64,000 nucleotides of DNA from Eledone cirrhosa (Eukaryota): the NCBI GenBank assembly GCA_964016885.1, contig CAXHJY010001504.1:62001-126000 (forward strand). Reading direction: 5' to 3'. Below, in pieces: positions 28,435-43,797 of this stretch (position 1 is its first letter; the number at the start of each line of letters is the position of its first letter). The notes under the pieces were generated by a model. That model saw only the letters and a list, made by a program, of their open reading frames with translations, did no database searches and had not been told where the DNA came from. The translations under genes were made by a program, and so were the position numbers.

Positions 28435-28780
28435 TAATCTGTTATTTTAATAAATATTTGCTCTACGGTTCTTATATATTTGATATATATTTATCCTTAT
28501 CGAGCGCTCTTTGGATATTAGTCTTCAAATTTATTATTATTACGATATATATATATATATTATATATAAGTCAGAAAGTCGGGACTCGAAGGATTGAGCT
28601 CTCTCGGTTTCGAAAACAAATTTCAGACTGGAATTTATTGTCGAAATGACAAAAACTCATTTTTAAATTGCTCAAGGAAGGTGTTGCACAGGGAGACTAA
28701 ATCCAACTCAGTGTCGTTACGAAGCGAATTTATTTACCACACAGCCTGAGCCTAACCATCTAATCATCTATCTATGTATC

Positions 28781-29195
28781 TGGACGAGGTTAAAAGGACT
28801 GAGGGCAAACACCTTTCTCTCCTGACAACAACTCATCCCCTTCTTTAAATACCACTTCAGAAGGAAGGTGAGAGTGTAGAGAGAGGTGCTACACCCCAGT
28901 AAATTCGCTGAAAGGTGGGTGAATGTGGCGAAAATGACCCGAGTGAATGGGTCTTCTCTGTATATAAATCTGGAGGTTGAGGAAGACAAAAAGAGGGGAG
29001 ATGGGAACACCTACAAAACCTGTTCCTGGTGGTGAGCGTTGTTCTATCCACGGGGTGTAAAACAATCCCGCAGTAACGGATTTCGAATTTTTTATTTTGT
29101 ATATATTTTATTGTTATCCATTATTATTGTTAAAGATTTTATGTAAAACCTCACAGTCACGTCTTGTAATGCACGCCCCTGTGGCAAATAAAGAA
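28781..29195 (+). mobile_element. Tx1/L1-like LINE 3' end (second subfamily) in (ATCT)n
   Basis: WTRLKGLRANTFLS*QQLIPFFKYHFRRKVR; tail GTGGCAAATAAAGAAA-(ATCT)n. Confidence 0.75.
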
Positions 29196-29200
29196 ATCTG

Positions 29201-29272
<72 letters not shown>

Positions 29273-29302
29273 CCTGTTTGTCTCTCTCTTTTCTACCCAC
29301 GC

Positions 29303-29352
<50 letters not shown>

Positions 29353-29607
29353 AGTTTGAGTATATGTTGGTTGTTTACCGACACCTCAGTATGCAGATTG
29401 GAGCACTCAACGAAACGGCTTGAGCTCTGCCGTCGGGGTCATACCTTTTATATATTTATATATATATTTATATAAGCAGAAGGGATATTCAATTTGTTGG
29501 TAATTCAACAAATATAAATGTTTATAACTGATTCAGAGCATTCAACAGATTTCTGGCATATAATATACAATGATATTAAATAAATGGAAACTATATTTAT
29601 ATACATA

Positions 29608-29654
<47 letters not shown>

Positions 29655-30083
29655 TTGGTCGCTTTTTTAAGATGTAGAAAGATTCTTATAATTAGGATTA
29701 GTATTTAGAAATACAGAGAAAGAAAAACGTTCATTTTGTTGTTGCTTTAAATTTTCCATAAAGATTAACTAAAAATATTTCCGGATTTATCTTTCATGAG
29801 TATTTCTCTGAAGTTCCCATAAGTATATAAGTCTTGTTTAGAGTTCATAATCTACTCCAATACACATCGACGCAAAATAATCTTCAGAGCAATGAACCAA
29901 GTTCTATAAATACAAGAGACTGAAACAATAAAATATAGCCACATATATATGCACATAGAGAGAGACACACACACATATATATGTGGATATATGTCCCTCT
30001 CTCTCTTTGTGTGTATATATATATATATATACATACATATATATATATATATATATATCTATATATATATATATATATATATA

Positions 30084-30165
<82 letters not shown>

Positions 30166-30188
30166 CATATATATACATATATATATAT

Positions 30189-30219
<31 letters not shown>

Positions 30220-30312
30220 GGAGGTGAGTTTTATTGTAGTACAATAAAGCAATGCAGATATCGGATAAGAAGCACTCTACAGTTTGTAGGACTGGAGTAT
30301 ACATAATATATA

Positions 30313-30424
30313 AGATCAAAAGATGGTTAAAAGAGTTCCATGTATTTTATTATGCGCATTTTTGTTTTTGAAATGCGCATAATAAAATACATGGAACTCT
30401 TTTAACCATCTTTTGATCTTATAT
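30313..30424. repeat. Near-perfect palindrome, family H element end lacking the CTGATGA half
   Basis: AAAAGATGGTTAAAAGAGTTCCATGTATTTTATTATGCGCATTT...GAAATGCGCATAATAAAATACATGGAACTC. Confidence 0.8.
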
Positions 30425-30704
30425 ATATTATATATATATATATATATATATTTCTGAATTTGTTTAGCAAGATTCTTTATCTGAAAACGTGTGTTGAAAC
30501 CGATATTTTCATACTTTGGGAGGGTCATGTTGACAATATATGAACAACCGTCCGGTTGTGGAACCAACCAACCAACCAACCAACCAGCCGGAAATTTATT
30601 TGAAAAAAAAAATGTTCTTTTAAAAATGTTTTAATTTATAATAAATTGGAGTGATAAAACTGGTGCGTGTGTTTCTCATTGGCAACATGACCCTCCCAAA
30701 GTAT

Positions 30705-30784
<80 letters not shown>

Positions 30785-30817
30785 ATTGTAACGTCTAGTT
30801 ACTGTAGGTTCTCTCTC

Positions 30818-30860
<43 letters not shown>

Positions 30861-31559
30861 TAAAATAACAGATTAAAGTTTAAGCAAAGAATCGCTGCTT
30901 TCACCCTTAACGGGATCTTAGTCTTCAAATTTATTATTATTACTATATATATATAGTTTAATAAATGAACAGAGAACAAAAACAGAGAGGCAGTACAAAT
31001 GGTATTAGTATTAGTTTCACGCTTGAGAGTGGGGGTGGGGGACGACGTTTCGGGCATAGCCCTTCATCAAGAGAACAGTGGGTAGGAAGAGAGTCCCGGG
31101 GGTGTAGGGGAGGGGGTTTGGAAAGACATTTAAAAAAAAGGGGTGGGGAGTGGGAGAAAAGACAGGAAAACAATTTTTTTAGAGAGTAAAGGAAATTTTT
31201 CAGAAAGTACAAATAAAAATAAAAATAAAAATAAAAATAAAAATAAAAATAAACAAGTGGTGAAAGGGTGTGAGGCGTGTAGGGGTGGTGGTGGGTGGAG
31301 GGTGTGGAGAGGGGAGATGGAGGAGGGCGTCCGAGCGGGGAGGGCTAAACGTGGTGTTTGTGTGTGTGTGTATGTGAATGTGGGAGTTGGAGGAAGAACG
31401 AGGTTCCATGATCAGGTAAAAGGGAAACCGGTGTGTACATATATAGGGATTGTTACGTCCAGTTTCTGTATGTTACCCCCCTCTCTCTCTGAATATATAT
31501 ATACATTTTTTCCAATTCCATCCCGCTCGTCCCCTCATTCTATTTTATTTCTCATTCTT

Positions 31560-31595
31560 TCTTCCGATGAAGGACTAGCCTCCGAAACGTTAAGA
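31560..31595 (+). ncRNA. Minimal hammerhead (family I), decayed copy
   Basis: tctt-CCGATGA-A-GGAC TAGC CTCC-GAAA-CG-TT-aaga; compare the intact copy at 56906. Confidence 0.55.
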
Positions 31596-31680
31596 CCCTC
31601 TTCCTGCTATATCAAGTGTTAACCTAATATATACCTTCCATATACTGTACCGATTGTGTTGTTATTTCTGTTTACCTTTT

Positions 31681-31767
<87 letters not shown>

Positions 31768-31787
31768 TATATATATATAGATATATA

Positions 31788-31898
<111 letters not shown>

Positions 31899-31923
31899 TT
31901 TGCAGCATAAAGTTACGGCCCTT

Positions 31924-31991
<68 letters not shown>

Positions 31992-32470
31992 ATATATATA
32001 TATATATATATACATAACAAAGAGGGTGTGGTAAGATACCAGGTAGACCATAACGCACCAGAGTACTCAATACTTAGTGTAGTAGAGTGGGTAATAGGAA
32101 AAGAGTCAAGACCTTTTTCCTATATATATAAATTATATATATATATATATATATATAGTGCTTGCTTCAGGATTCTTCGAGATCTACCAGTTATAATACC
32201 TTAACTGTTTATTTACCTTGAATTCTTCCAACATTGGTTATTCCAACGTCTTGGAATTCCCGATGTTGTATCTTGAGGGTCAGAAATCATGGTTGGGGCT
32301 TTATAGAAGTTAAAATCGAATTCTTTAGCCGATTTGTCTTAGATTTTGGCTTAAATTGAATATACTTTATATTTCAATATATACAGTCCCTCGGCGAATG
32401 ACTGAATGAGAGAAGAAGAAATAAAGAGTTAATCGAGTGTAAGAAAATGGAAACTATATTTATATACATA

Positions 32471-32541
<71 letters not shown>

Positions 32542-32613
32542 CATTATGAAGAGAGAAGAAACATTTAGATATAATTAGTAATAAAATGTATCATACCTAA
32601 ACTGTTCCTAAAT

Positions 32614-32701
32614 TCCTCGACTACGTAGTTTCGTGGCATAAACAAAAACAATATATCAAAGATATAGAGTCCTTGCGAGGTCTGCCGACTTATCAAGAGG
32701 A
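32614..32701 (-). ncRNA. Type I hammerhead with a U3-A8 core (TTGATAA), GUC site
   Basis: Minus strand reads tcctc-TTGATAA-GTcGGCA...TGCCAC-GAAA-CTACGTAG-TC-gagga. Confidence 0.65.
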
Positions 32702-33063
32702 TACCTCATTTTACTAGTCTCAAGAACGCGTCTACACGACGTGAGAAAGAATCCCAAAAGGCGGAGGGGGAGATAGTCACGCGATATAACGGTCGAGAAA
32801 CAGAGCTAAGCCTCTTATAACCACGAAGAAAATACCACGGAGGCGGAGGGGGTATTCATATCGAGGCCGCAGAAGAGGTAGTGAAGAAGGCGAGAAGTAT
32901 GAGTAATGGAAGCTTTCCAGTTGTCCCCACACTTCAAACTGAATTGGGCTGTCCCAGTCATTCATTGAGCAACATCGGTGAAGTTGGCACCCTTAACTCA
33001 CAGTTGGGTGCGGATGCATTCATGTATATATGTGTGTGTCCGCATGTATCTGTGTGTTTCTAA

Positions 33064-33096
<33 letters not shown>

Positions 33097-33826
33097 TAAA
33101 ATTTGGCTGCTTTTTTAAGATGTAGAAAGATTCTTATAATTAGGATTAGTATTTAGAAATACAGAGAAAGAAAAACGTTCATTTTGTTGTTGCTTTAAAT
33201 TTTCCATAAAGATTAACTAAAGGTCTTTCCGCTATCGTCAAAAATATTTCCGGGTTTATCTTTCATGAGTATTTCTCTGAAGTTCTCATAAGTATATAAG
33301 TCTTGTTTAGAGTTCATAATCTACTCCAGTACACATCGACGCAAAATAATCTTCAGAGCAATGAACCAAGTTCTCTAAATACAAGAGACTGAAACAATAA
33401 AATATAGCCACATATATATGCACATAGAGAGGGAAACACACACACATATATGTGGATATATGTCTCTCTCTCTCTTTGTATATATATATATATAAATATG
33501 TCTCTCTCTCTCTCTTTGTGTGTATATATATATATATATTTCGTTTCTGAATTTGTTTAGCAAGATTCTTTATCTGAAAACGTGTGTTGAAACCGATATT
33601 GTTATACTTTGGGATGGTCATGTTGCCAATAAGAAACACACGCACCAGTTGCTTTCACTTCAATTTATTATAATAAATTTATAAATTTAGGAATTTATAA
33701 ATTTCCGGTTGGTTGGTTGGTTCCACAACCAGATGGTTGTTTATATATTGTCAAAGTTCTTTCGTGAAACAAAATGGCGTAGAACAGAACAAAGGAGAGG
33801 CACAAAAACAAAGAAAAGAATCCCCA

Positions 33827-33869
33827 GTCACTGAAGAGGTCACAGAATGTGTGACGAAAGAACTTTGAC
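33827..33869 (+). ncRNA. Type I hammerhead (family F)
   Basis: gtca-CTGAAGA-G-GTCACA GAATG TGTGAC-GAAA-GAAC-TT-tgac, inside inverted repeat ~33598-33762 / ~33855-34021. Confidence 0.65.
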
Positions 33870-34015
33870 AATATATAAACAACCATCTGGTTCTGGAACC
33901 AACCAACCAACCGCAACTTTATAAATTCCTAAATTTATAAATTTATTATAATAAATTGAAGTGAAAGCAACTGGTGCGTGTGTTTCTTATTGGCAACATG
34001 ACCCTCCCAAAGTAT

Positions 34016-34068
<53 letters not shown>

Positions 34069-34264
34069 TACATATATACATATATTCATATATATATATA
34101 TATATATGGTGGTTGCCAACTCGTTTTCGAGAAAAAGAAAGAAAATGGAGGGAACATTTCTTCAAGGGGAAAACACCCGTGTAGATAATTAGCCATCATA
34201 TCTATCTATCTATCTGCCTATTTATTTATCTGTCTATATGTATGTTTTGTGTTATGTGTATATA

Positions 34265-34334
<70 letters not shown>

Positions 34335-34356
34335 TATATACATATATATATATATA

Positions 34357-34442
<86 letters not shown>

Positions 34443-34456
34443 TATATACATATATG

Positions 34457-34493
<37 letters not shown>

Positions 34494-34500
34494 GTATATG

Positions 34501-34545
<45 letters not shown>

Positions 34546-34679
34546 CTTCCGTATATATATTATGTCGTCAAGTATGAAATTTGTAGAAAAAAACATATGA
34601 CAAATAGCCTCACTGCAAATTTCATACTTGACAACCCAATACTGTATGTGTCTGCGTCTGTCTATCTGTTTATAAATAA

Positions 34680-34728
<49 letters not shown>

Positions 34729-34730
34729 TA

Positions 34731-34790
<60 letters not shown>

Positions 34791-34839
34791 TACATATATA
34801 TATATATATGTATGTATATATGCATATATACACACCTTA

Positions 34840-35447
34840 TGTCAGGTCACCAGTTGGTGCTACTGGTAACATGTATCCCAGTACAACCTGACCCATGGTC
34901 GGGTCGTTGGCGACTAAACTGGCAACCCCACCAAGGTTTCTTGGTGAGGAGGGTGACTTTGGACATCCTGCAGGACTAAAAACAAAACCTGTCAAAGGGC
35001 AAAGGAGCTCTTAAGAGTCAATGGCCATCCAAAATCACCGGGAGAGATGACCCCTTAGCCTTTGTCAAGGCAGAATTCTAGGAGATGGAAAACTCTGATA
35101 TAACACCTGCAACCCTGATGGTATCCAATGATGTTGACTTGTTCTTCTTTTTGGTAAATATCATCTTGGTTAAGAGAGTGGGACTGGCTTTGTGCAGTGC
35201 CTTTGCTCACTATAAAAGCTTCACGGCACAGGCATTGCTTTATATCTGGAGATCTCTCTGCACTTGTCGTCACAGGGTACCATGGGCCCAGCACTATGTG
35301 TCAATATTTGTCACAAGTGTAGTGTTTGTACCAGAGTTTTCAAGTCGCTGGCTGGACTAAAAAGTCACTCGTTCAGCGCATCGGTAGGGGTTCTCCTATA
35401 TGGATATAAAGTAGTGGCCGTACTCGAAAACGAGTTGGCAGCCACCA
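34840..35447 (+). mobile_element. ~610-bp non-autonomous RTE-derived retroelement, copy 1
   Basis: Near-identical to 44685-45294; remnant HKCSVCTRVFKSLAGLKSH (RTE-type C-terminal C2H2-like motif); 3' hairpin CTCG-AAAA-CGAG then a CATA-type tail. Confidence 0.65.
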
Positions 35448-35533
35448 TACACATATATATATATATATATTGTTATACTTTGGGAGGGTCATGTTGCCAA
35501 TATATATATATACATATATATATATACACACAT

Positions 35534-35618
<85 letters not shown>

Positions 35619-35643
35619 ATATGCATATATATATATATATATA

Positions 35644-35708
<65 letters not shown>

Positions 35709-35738
35709 ATATATATATATATGCATATATACATACCT

Positions 35739-35769
<31 letters not shown>

Positions 35770-35879
35770 TTATATAGATATAAATTCAGCGAGAACCGCA
35801 TTTCTGCGGGTAGAAAAAGCGAAAGGTAACGCAAATTCCGATGAGTCATGCTGTCAAGCGCTCCATGGGCTAAAGAGAC

Positions 35880-36038
35880 CAGAGCAATAAACATAGGTTA
35901 TAAAGGCCATTCAAACTGAGAAGGCGGTGAAGAAGCAATAAACCAAGGCTCTGTTTGATAACATTGAGCTATATCTTATACTGTCGTTTCTCTAATACGA
36001 CGAGTGTGTTTAACTCTAATGCACTCAAGTATTTTTAT

Positions 36039-36081
<43 letters not shown>

Positions 36082-36258
36082 TACTACAGGACTAGAACTC
36101 AGAGCAATAAACATAGGTTATAAAGGCCATACAAACTGAGAAGGCGGTGAAGAAGCAATAAACCAAGGCTCTGTTTGATAACATTGAGCTATATCTTATA
36201 CTGTCATTTCTCTAATACGACGAGTGTGTTTAACTCTAATGCACTCAAGTATTTTTAT

Positions 36259-36297
<39 letters not shown>

Positions 36298-36310
36298 TAC
36301 TACAGGACTA
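35880..36310. repeat. ~220-bp tandem duplication of element ends (35880-36099 vs 36100-36315)
   Basis: CAGAGCAATAAACATAGGTTATAAAGGCC...GCACTCAAGTATTTTTATCT-(TA)n-GAGATACTACAGGACTAGAACT occurs twice. Confidence 0.85.
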
Positions 36311-36346
36311 GAACTGTTTCATTCTTTAGAAATCATCAGGAATCTG
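36294..36346 (-). ncRNA. Family A hammerhead, one stem I mismatch
   Basis: Minus strand reads agattc-CTGATGA-TTTCTAAAGAAT-GAAA-CAGTTCTAGTCCTG-TA-gtatct. Confidence 0.65.
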
Positions 36347-36506
36347 GGTATAAAAAAATAAGTATGGTATTTATAGGTCCCTACAAGTGGTAGCAGACGG
36401 TGGGGAGTGGGATGGGTGTAGGTCATTGGTTGATAGAAAAGGGAATTCATTAAAAGCTAATTCTACAAAGCTAAAGTTTATATATATATGTTTATGTATA
36501 TATGTG

Positions 36507-36599
<93 letters not shown>

Positions 36600-36631
36600 A
36601 GAAATTAAAAGATGGTTAAAAAAGTTCCATA

Positions 36632-36698
36632 TATTGTATTATGCGCATTTCGAAAACATCATCCTGGGACAAAAATCGTGTTCTCATCAGATAAAATA
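36632..36698 (-). ncRNA. Type I hammerhead (family H)
   Basis: Minus strand reads tattttat-CTGATGA-GAA...TTC-GAAA-TGCGCA-TA-atacaata. Confidence 0.65.
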
Positions 36699-36750
36699 AT
36701 GTAAAATGATATGAGGCCTAAAAACACTTGTCAACAAGAAAGTGTCCATC

Positions 36751-36812
<62 letters not shown>

Positions 36813-37424
36813 TATATATATTTGTATACACATAGGTACATGCACGCGCATATACATGCCTGAAAAGATGTGTGCAGTGTACAGTGAGCAATGTGCAGTA
36901 TGTATGTGTGTGCATGTGTATATATATATGTGTATCTGTCTGTGTGTGTGTGTCTGTGTGTATGTGTGTCTGTTTGTGTGTGTGTGTGTGTGTCTGTCTG
37001 TATGTGTGTGTGTGTGTGTGTGTCTGTGCTTGTGTGGATGTGTGTGTGTGTGTGTCTCTCTCTGTGTATGTGTCTATGCCTCGGTGTCGAACGTGGAGAC
37101 GTTATGAAGCCATGTTGCGGTGAGACAAATAAAAATAGAATTTTAGTTCAATAAATCTGTCAGAGATTAGTAACCTAATTGAGATGCTTGCTTAAGAAAG
37201 GTGCTGTTGTGATCGATAGTTTTGATGCTTGCAGTAAGTAACAGGTTACTAACATACAATTCCTCACTGCTGAGATTACTATCATTTTATTATTTATGTT
37301 ATTTTTATATTTATTGTTATTTTTTAATTTTTTTTTATTTCTAATTTTTTATTTTTATTATCTATTTTTTGGGGGGGCTTTTGCATTTGCTTTTGCTTGA
37401 CACTTGTTTTTCCTTTTGAAATCG

Positions 37425-37663
<239 letters not shown>

Positions 37664-37673
37664 TGTGTGTGTT

Positions 37674-37707
<34 letters not shown>

Positions 37708-37723
37708 CACATATATGAATATG

Positions 37724-37756
<33 letters not shown>

Positions 37757-37881
37757 ATATATATATGTATGTATGCATATATGTACAGACACACATATAC
37801 ATATATACATACACGCACACACATATATATGTATATATAAATGTATATATATATACACTGACACCCACATACATACAAATA

Positions 37882-37934
<53 letters not shown>

Positions 37935-37966
37935 CTGTGAACACACATACATACACACACACACAC

Positions 37967-38011
<45 letters not shown>

Positions 38012-38184
38012 AACTCTCTCCGAATACATCTCTTTGTCTGTACATGTATAAGTGTGTGTACGTGAGTGTGTGTGGCGGGGGGGGGGGGTGCGTCTGGGAA
38101 GGAGACGGATAGAATCTTTTTCTCTTCTTTTTATCTTTTAGTTGAAAGTAGTAGGAAGTAGTGGAATAAGTAATTCATGAAAAT

Positions 38185-38560
38185 ACACACACACAGAGAC
38201 ACACACACAGGCACACACAGGCACACATACATACACTCACACACAGGCACGCACATACACACACATATACACACACACATCCACACACAGGCACACACAG
38301 GCACACATACATACACTCGCACACAGGCACGCACACACACACACATATACACACACACATCCACACACAGGCACACACACACACGCAGGCGCACACAGGC
38401 ACACATACATACACTCACACACAGGCACGCACATACACACACATATACACACACACATCCACACACAGGCACACACACACACACACACGCGCGCAGGCGC
38501 ACACACGCACACACACACACACACACACAGATACACAGATACACACACAGACACATCGAC
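38185..38560. repeat. CA-rich minisatellite with CAGGCAC units
   Basis: Direct reading. Confidence 0.85.
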
Positions 38561-38876
38561 AGAATGCATACCCACAAAATATACACACATATGCCCGCGC
38601 ATTCATATATACAGGTGCGCCTCCACACGCATGCGTATAGTTAAGTGGAATGGTTGGGTGCGAAGGCAACGAACAGAAATACTCATCAGCGTTCTTAGAT
38701 GATCGAAGTAAAATTAAGACGTAGAGCCCCCCCCCCCACACACACACACATACATATACACACACACATATATAGATATAACATATATACTTATAAAAAT
38801 CAATAAGAATCATCGTATTTTGTCTATCATGCCCCGTCTATGTTACCGAAATCAGACTGCGCAACTCAATATATAT

Positions 38877-39052
<176 letters not shown>

Positions 39053-39399
39053 TAGAAAGTCGTATATATTTACCTATACATGCATCTTGAGTGTTCTATA
39101 TATATAATTCGACTTCAAAAGAGCTGTGCAATCGCAAATAAACAACCGTGGCCTCATTTTAGAATAAATCCGTGCGAGTTATCTTATACATGGGGGTGTA
39201 TCTTTCTGCCAGGCGTACTTCCTTCGTCAAAAGATTATAAGGAATACTCTGAATTTAGCGCGTAAATATTCGAAGCTTTCTGTTGTATAAATGGTGCAGT
39301 CATTGGAAGATAGACGGCAATTTGATTAAGTGTTTAGACCCTTGGTTAGAATTTTTTGTGGGATTCTTTCCGGCTCACTGCTTATTGAGTTCAAAATTA

Positions 39400-39670
39400 A
39401 CCCCCATAGGAGCTGAGCTGGCCAGCCGCAGGTGTGAGCCTCGCGAGTTGGAATGGCTCTTTCAACGCATCTCCCTTACCATCCTCCAGGGAAATGCATT
39501 CTCAATTCTGTCTGCCGGGGCTGTGTGATGACCAGCACGTGGGAGCCCATTTGCTCACCATACGGAGAGATGAGGAAGGCCAGAGAGATGGAGGCGATGA
39601 CAGTGGGAGTTCGGCTGTTCTTTCTTGTTTGCTAAGGTCACAATTGCATTGTGACAAAGTCACATGAAAT
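39400..39670 (+). pseudogene. CRE-clade-like non-LTR retrotransposon 3' fragment
   Basis: IGAELASRRCEPRELEWLFQRISLTILQGNAFSIL resembles the CRE C-terminal 'LFQRISI.IQRGNA.SIL' signature (from memory). Confidence 0.6.
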
Positions 39671-39972
39671 AGAACAGTTTTGAAACTGATAAAAATAAAT
39701 CCAGGGTTTTGGATTCTAATTAGATTTTTCAATGGATTAACCAGATGGACTTAAAATGAAAATAAAGTGCCTGTCCAGTACTTGGGTTGATTATTCCTCT
39801 ATATCACTTTCTCACTTCCTCTTTGTTACTCTTTTAGATATAGAGAGGGGGTGAGCTCCACCAGGCTTAAAATGACCAAGAAATGCCACCGTATGTTATG
39901 ACGGCACCCCCACTACTCCATCAAGAGTTACGGGTTCAAACATACATATATTATTTGAAGAAATTATCTGAA

Positions 39973-40825
39973 AGGCGGTAGATTGGCAGTATCGGTAGAG
40001 AGTAGGACACCATGCTTTGCAGGATAGAGTTACGCCCCTTTACGGCCTGAGTTCAACTCCCACCGAGGTAAACTTTGCTTTTCGTCCTTACGCGGTCGAT
40101 AAAATAAAGAACCAGTAATGCACTGGGATAATTGCTGGCCTTGTGCCAAAGGTAGAAACAATTATTTGAAGAAATTCATAACGTAGAAAGCTCTCGGTTC
40201 AGCATGAAGAAGTGATCTGCCTCGACAACAGTAATGGTTTCTGATTTAGGCACAAAGCCAACAATTTTTGGGGAGGAGAAAAGTCGATTAAATCGACCCC
40301 AGTTCGTTACTGGTACTTTATTTTATCGACCTTCTAAGGATGAATAGCAAAGGTAACCTGAGCAGGATTTGAATTCAGATCGTAAAGGGCCATAGCTCTA
40401 TGCCATAAAGCCTGTTGTTCGACGCTCTACCGATACTGCCAATCCACCACACTTTAATAATAATAATAATTGTTTCTACTTTTGGCACAAGGCCAGCAAT
40501 TACTCGAGTGCGTGACTGGTACTTTATTTTAATCCACCCCGTAAGGATGAAAGGCAAAGTTAACCTCGGCGGGATTTGAACTCAGACCGTAAAGGGACGT
40601 AACTCTATGCTGCAAAGCAGTGTCTAACGCTCTACAGATACTGCCAATCCACGGTTTCTGATTTAGGCACAAGGCCAGCAATTTGGGGGAGGGGGAAAGT
40701 CGAACTCATAAGTATGAAAGGCAAAGTTAACCTCGGCGGGATTTGAACTCAGAACATAACGGGCAGTAACTCTATGCCACAAAACCTTGTCAGACGACGC
40801 TCTACCGATTCTGTCAATCCACCGC
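39973..40825. mobile_element. SINE S1 cluster: + copy 39973-40165; minus copies ~40235-40450, 40465-40651, 40653-40825
   Basis: S1 consensus in both orientations. Confidence 0.87.
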
Positions 40826-41112
40826 GCTCTGCTATAACAACAACAACAACAACAACACTTAACAGATGAAGTGGAACATATCCAAGAAAAATAACAAAAA
40901 AGTGTGAATCATTAAGTTTCAAATGATGAGCTACTTAAAATTGAACTCACAATAACCACTTAAAAATGAATTGATGTTATATGAGCTGTTGGGATTAAGT
41001 TGACAGTGAGTTATGTCTGTCTGTATATCTGATTGTCTGTCTGTCTGTATATCTATCTGTCTGTCTGTCTGTATGTCTGTCTGTAAGCCTGTTCGTCTCC
41101 CCTCTCTCTCTT

Positions 41113-41175
<63 letters not shown>

Positions 41176-41265
41176 CTATCTATCTATCTCTTCCTTTCTA
41201 TCTTTCTCCCAGTCTATCTGTATCTACGTCTGACTGTTCGCCTTCTCTCTATTTCTCTATCTATC

Positions 41266-41313
41266 TTTGTATTTGTCCCCTTCTTTTGTGGCCCTGTGGC
41301 TAATAAAGAAACA

Positions 41314-41350
<37 letters not shown>

Positions 41351-42800
41351 CTCTATCATGATCAAACCGCCACCCTCCTTCAAAAACGAAGGAGAGGCGG
41401 TTTTCCTTTGTGTGATAGCTATGGCGAAAGAGGTTGTATGGTGGACGAGGATAAAAGGGCTGAGGTCAGACACCTTTCTCTCCGGCCAACAACTGATTCT
41501 TTTTTTCAAACACCACTTTGGATGAAGAATCAGGATGGAGAGAGAGGTGCTGTACCCCAGCAAGTTTTATGAAAGGTGGGTGAAAGTGACGAGAATGGCC
41601 CGAGTGAATGGGCCTTCTCTCTATATCAGCCTGTAGGTTGAGGAAAAGGAGGAGGAGAGGAAAGGAGTACAAACTCTTCGTACTCATGGAGATGAGGGTT
41701 GCACATTTTTTCGGGGGTATGTGTTACCCATATGAACTGTCTCCCCCTATTGGGGAAAATCGACTAATTTTTTAAATTGCATTTGTGATATGTTACACGT
41801 TTTTATTGTATGTAAACTTCCCCCTTTGTATTTGTCCCCTTCTTTTGTGCCCCAGTGGCTAATAAAGAAACATATCTATCTATCTATCTATCTATCTATC
41901 TCTTCCTTATTCTATAGGGGATTAGTGGAGGATAAGTGCTATGACGTTCTCGGAGAAACTCTAGGCATCGTGGAGGACGAACTGACTAGTCTGTACTGGA
42001 GGACTTTCCATCCAGGGCCTATGGATAACTTCCAGAGGTCTCTGGCCTGGCAGTGCTACCGTGGAGCTCTACCAGTTCGAGACAAAATCTACAGGCACGG
42101 ACGCCCCGGCAGAGATCCTGCCAAAAGGATCTGTTCAAGATGCGAGCAGGACATCGAAACCGTTCTGCACGCAATTGTTCAGTGCCCAAAGGGTGACCGA
42201 CCTGTGGAATTATGTCGAAAAGCTACTGTAACGTGCGGGATGCATCCAGTTGTCAGCCGAGTCCATCGTGAGGATCACCCCGCCGCCTTCATTTAAGAAT
42301 GAAGGAGAGGCGGTTTTCCTCCGTCTGGTGGCTATGGCGAAAGAGGTAATATGGTGGACGAGGTTAAAAGGACTGAGGGCAAACACCTTTCTCTCCGGAC
42401 AACAACTCATCCCCTTCTTTAAGTACCACTTCAGAAGGAAGGTAAGAGTGGAGAGAGAGGTGCTACACCCCAGTAAATTCGCTGAAAGGTGGGTAAATGT
42501 GGCGAAAACGGCTCGAATGAATGGGCCTTCTCTGTATATAAACCTGTAGGTTGAGGAAGATAAACAGAGGGAAGACGGGAACACCTACAAAACGTGTTCC
42601 TGGTGTTGAGGGTTGTTCTATCCACGGGGTGTAAAACAACCCCGCAGTAACGTTCCCCCCTATTGGGGATTTCAATTGTTATTTTATTATATATAGTTTA
42701 TTGTTATTTATTAATGTTAAAGTTATATGATTTTTATGTAAAACCCCCGCCGTCACGTCTTGTAATGTCCCATTGTACGCCCCTGTGGCACATAAAGAAA
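41266..42800 (+). mobile_element. Head-to-tail stack of three Tx1/L1-like LINE 3' ends separated by (ATCT)n
   Basis: 41900-42800 encodes WQCYRGALPVRDKIYRHG..CSRCEQDIETVLHAIVQCP (L1/Tx1 C-terminal zinc-knuckle region), with a frameshift near 42190; 41356-41872 and 41266-41312 are shorter ends with the same tail. Confidence 0.82.
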
Positions 42801-42862
42801 GATATCTAACTATCTCTTCCTTCCCTTCTTCTTCCCAATATGTATATATGTATGTCTCTATC

Positions 42863-42898
<36 letters not shown>

Positions 42899-42899
42899 C

Positions 42900-42955
<56 letters not shown>

Positions 42956-43008
42956 TCCTTTCTTTCTTTATGTTTATCAGTCTGTCTCTGTCTCCCTGTC
43001 AATTAGCA

Positions 43009-43041
<33 letters not shown>

Positions 43042-43165
43042 GCCTGTCCGTGAATCTCCCATTATCACTGTTTCCAAGTCGGTCTGTGTCTCTAACTCTC
43101 TTCTCTTTCTCTCTCCCCCCTCTCTCTCTCTTTCCCTATATACACATATATATATGTGTGTGTAT

Positions 43166-43199
<34 letters not shown>

Positions 43200-43213
43200 A
43201 TTATATATATATA

Positions 43214-43280
<67 letters not shown>

Positions 43281-43424
43281 GTGAGAGTGAGAGTGGGCGA
43301 GAGTAAGTGAGTGAGAGAGTGAGAGAGTAAGAGAGAGAGAGAGAGAGAGAGAGATGATGATCCAAATAAAGTGAAACAGTTGTTCTCGCTAATGGTGAAC
43401 TAACTGTTGTGGAACTACTTCTCT

Positions 43425-43455
<31 letters not shown>

Positions 43456-43663
43456 ATATATATATACACACACATATATATATGTATATATATACATACA
43501 CGCACATAGATAGATATATAAATGTATTGAATGTATGTATTTAATATATTCATATATTCATGTGTGTATGTATGTTCTGGTTTTATAATTTTATAAATTT
43601 TTACCAATAGAGATGGTTTCTAACATAGATACGAGACTCTCATTTGAATTGTATGTATATATA

Positions 43664-43699
<36 letters not shown>

Positions 43700-43797
43700 T
43701 GTATATATGTATGTATATATGTAGGTAGGTAGGTAGGTAGGTAGGTAAGTATGTAGGTGTATATGTATGTATGTATGCATGTATGTATGTATGTATG

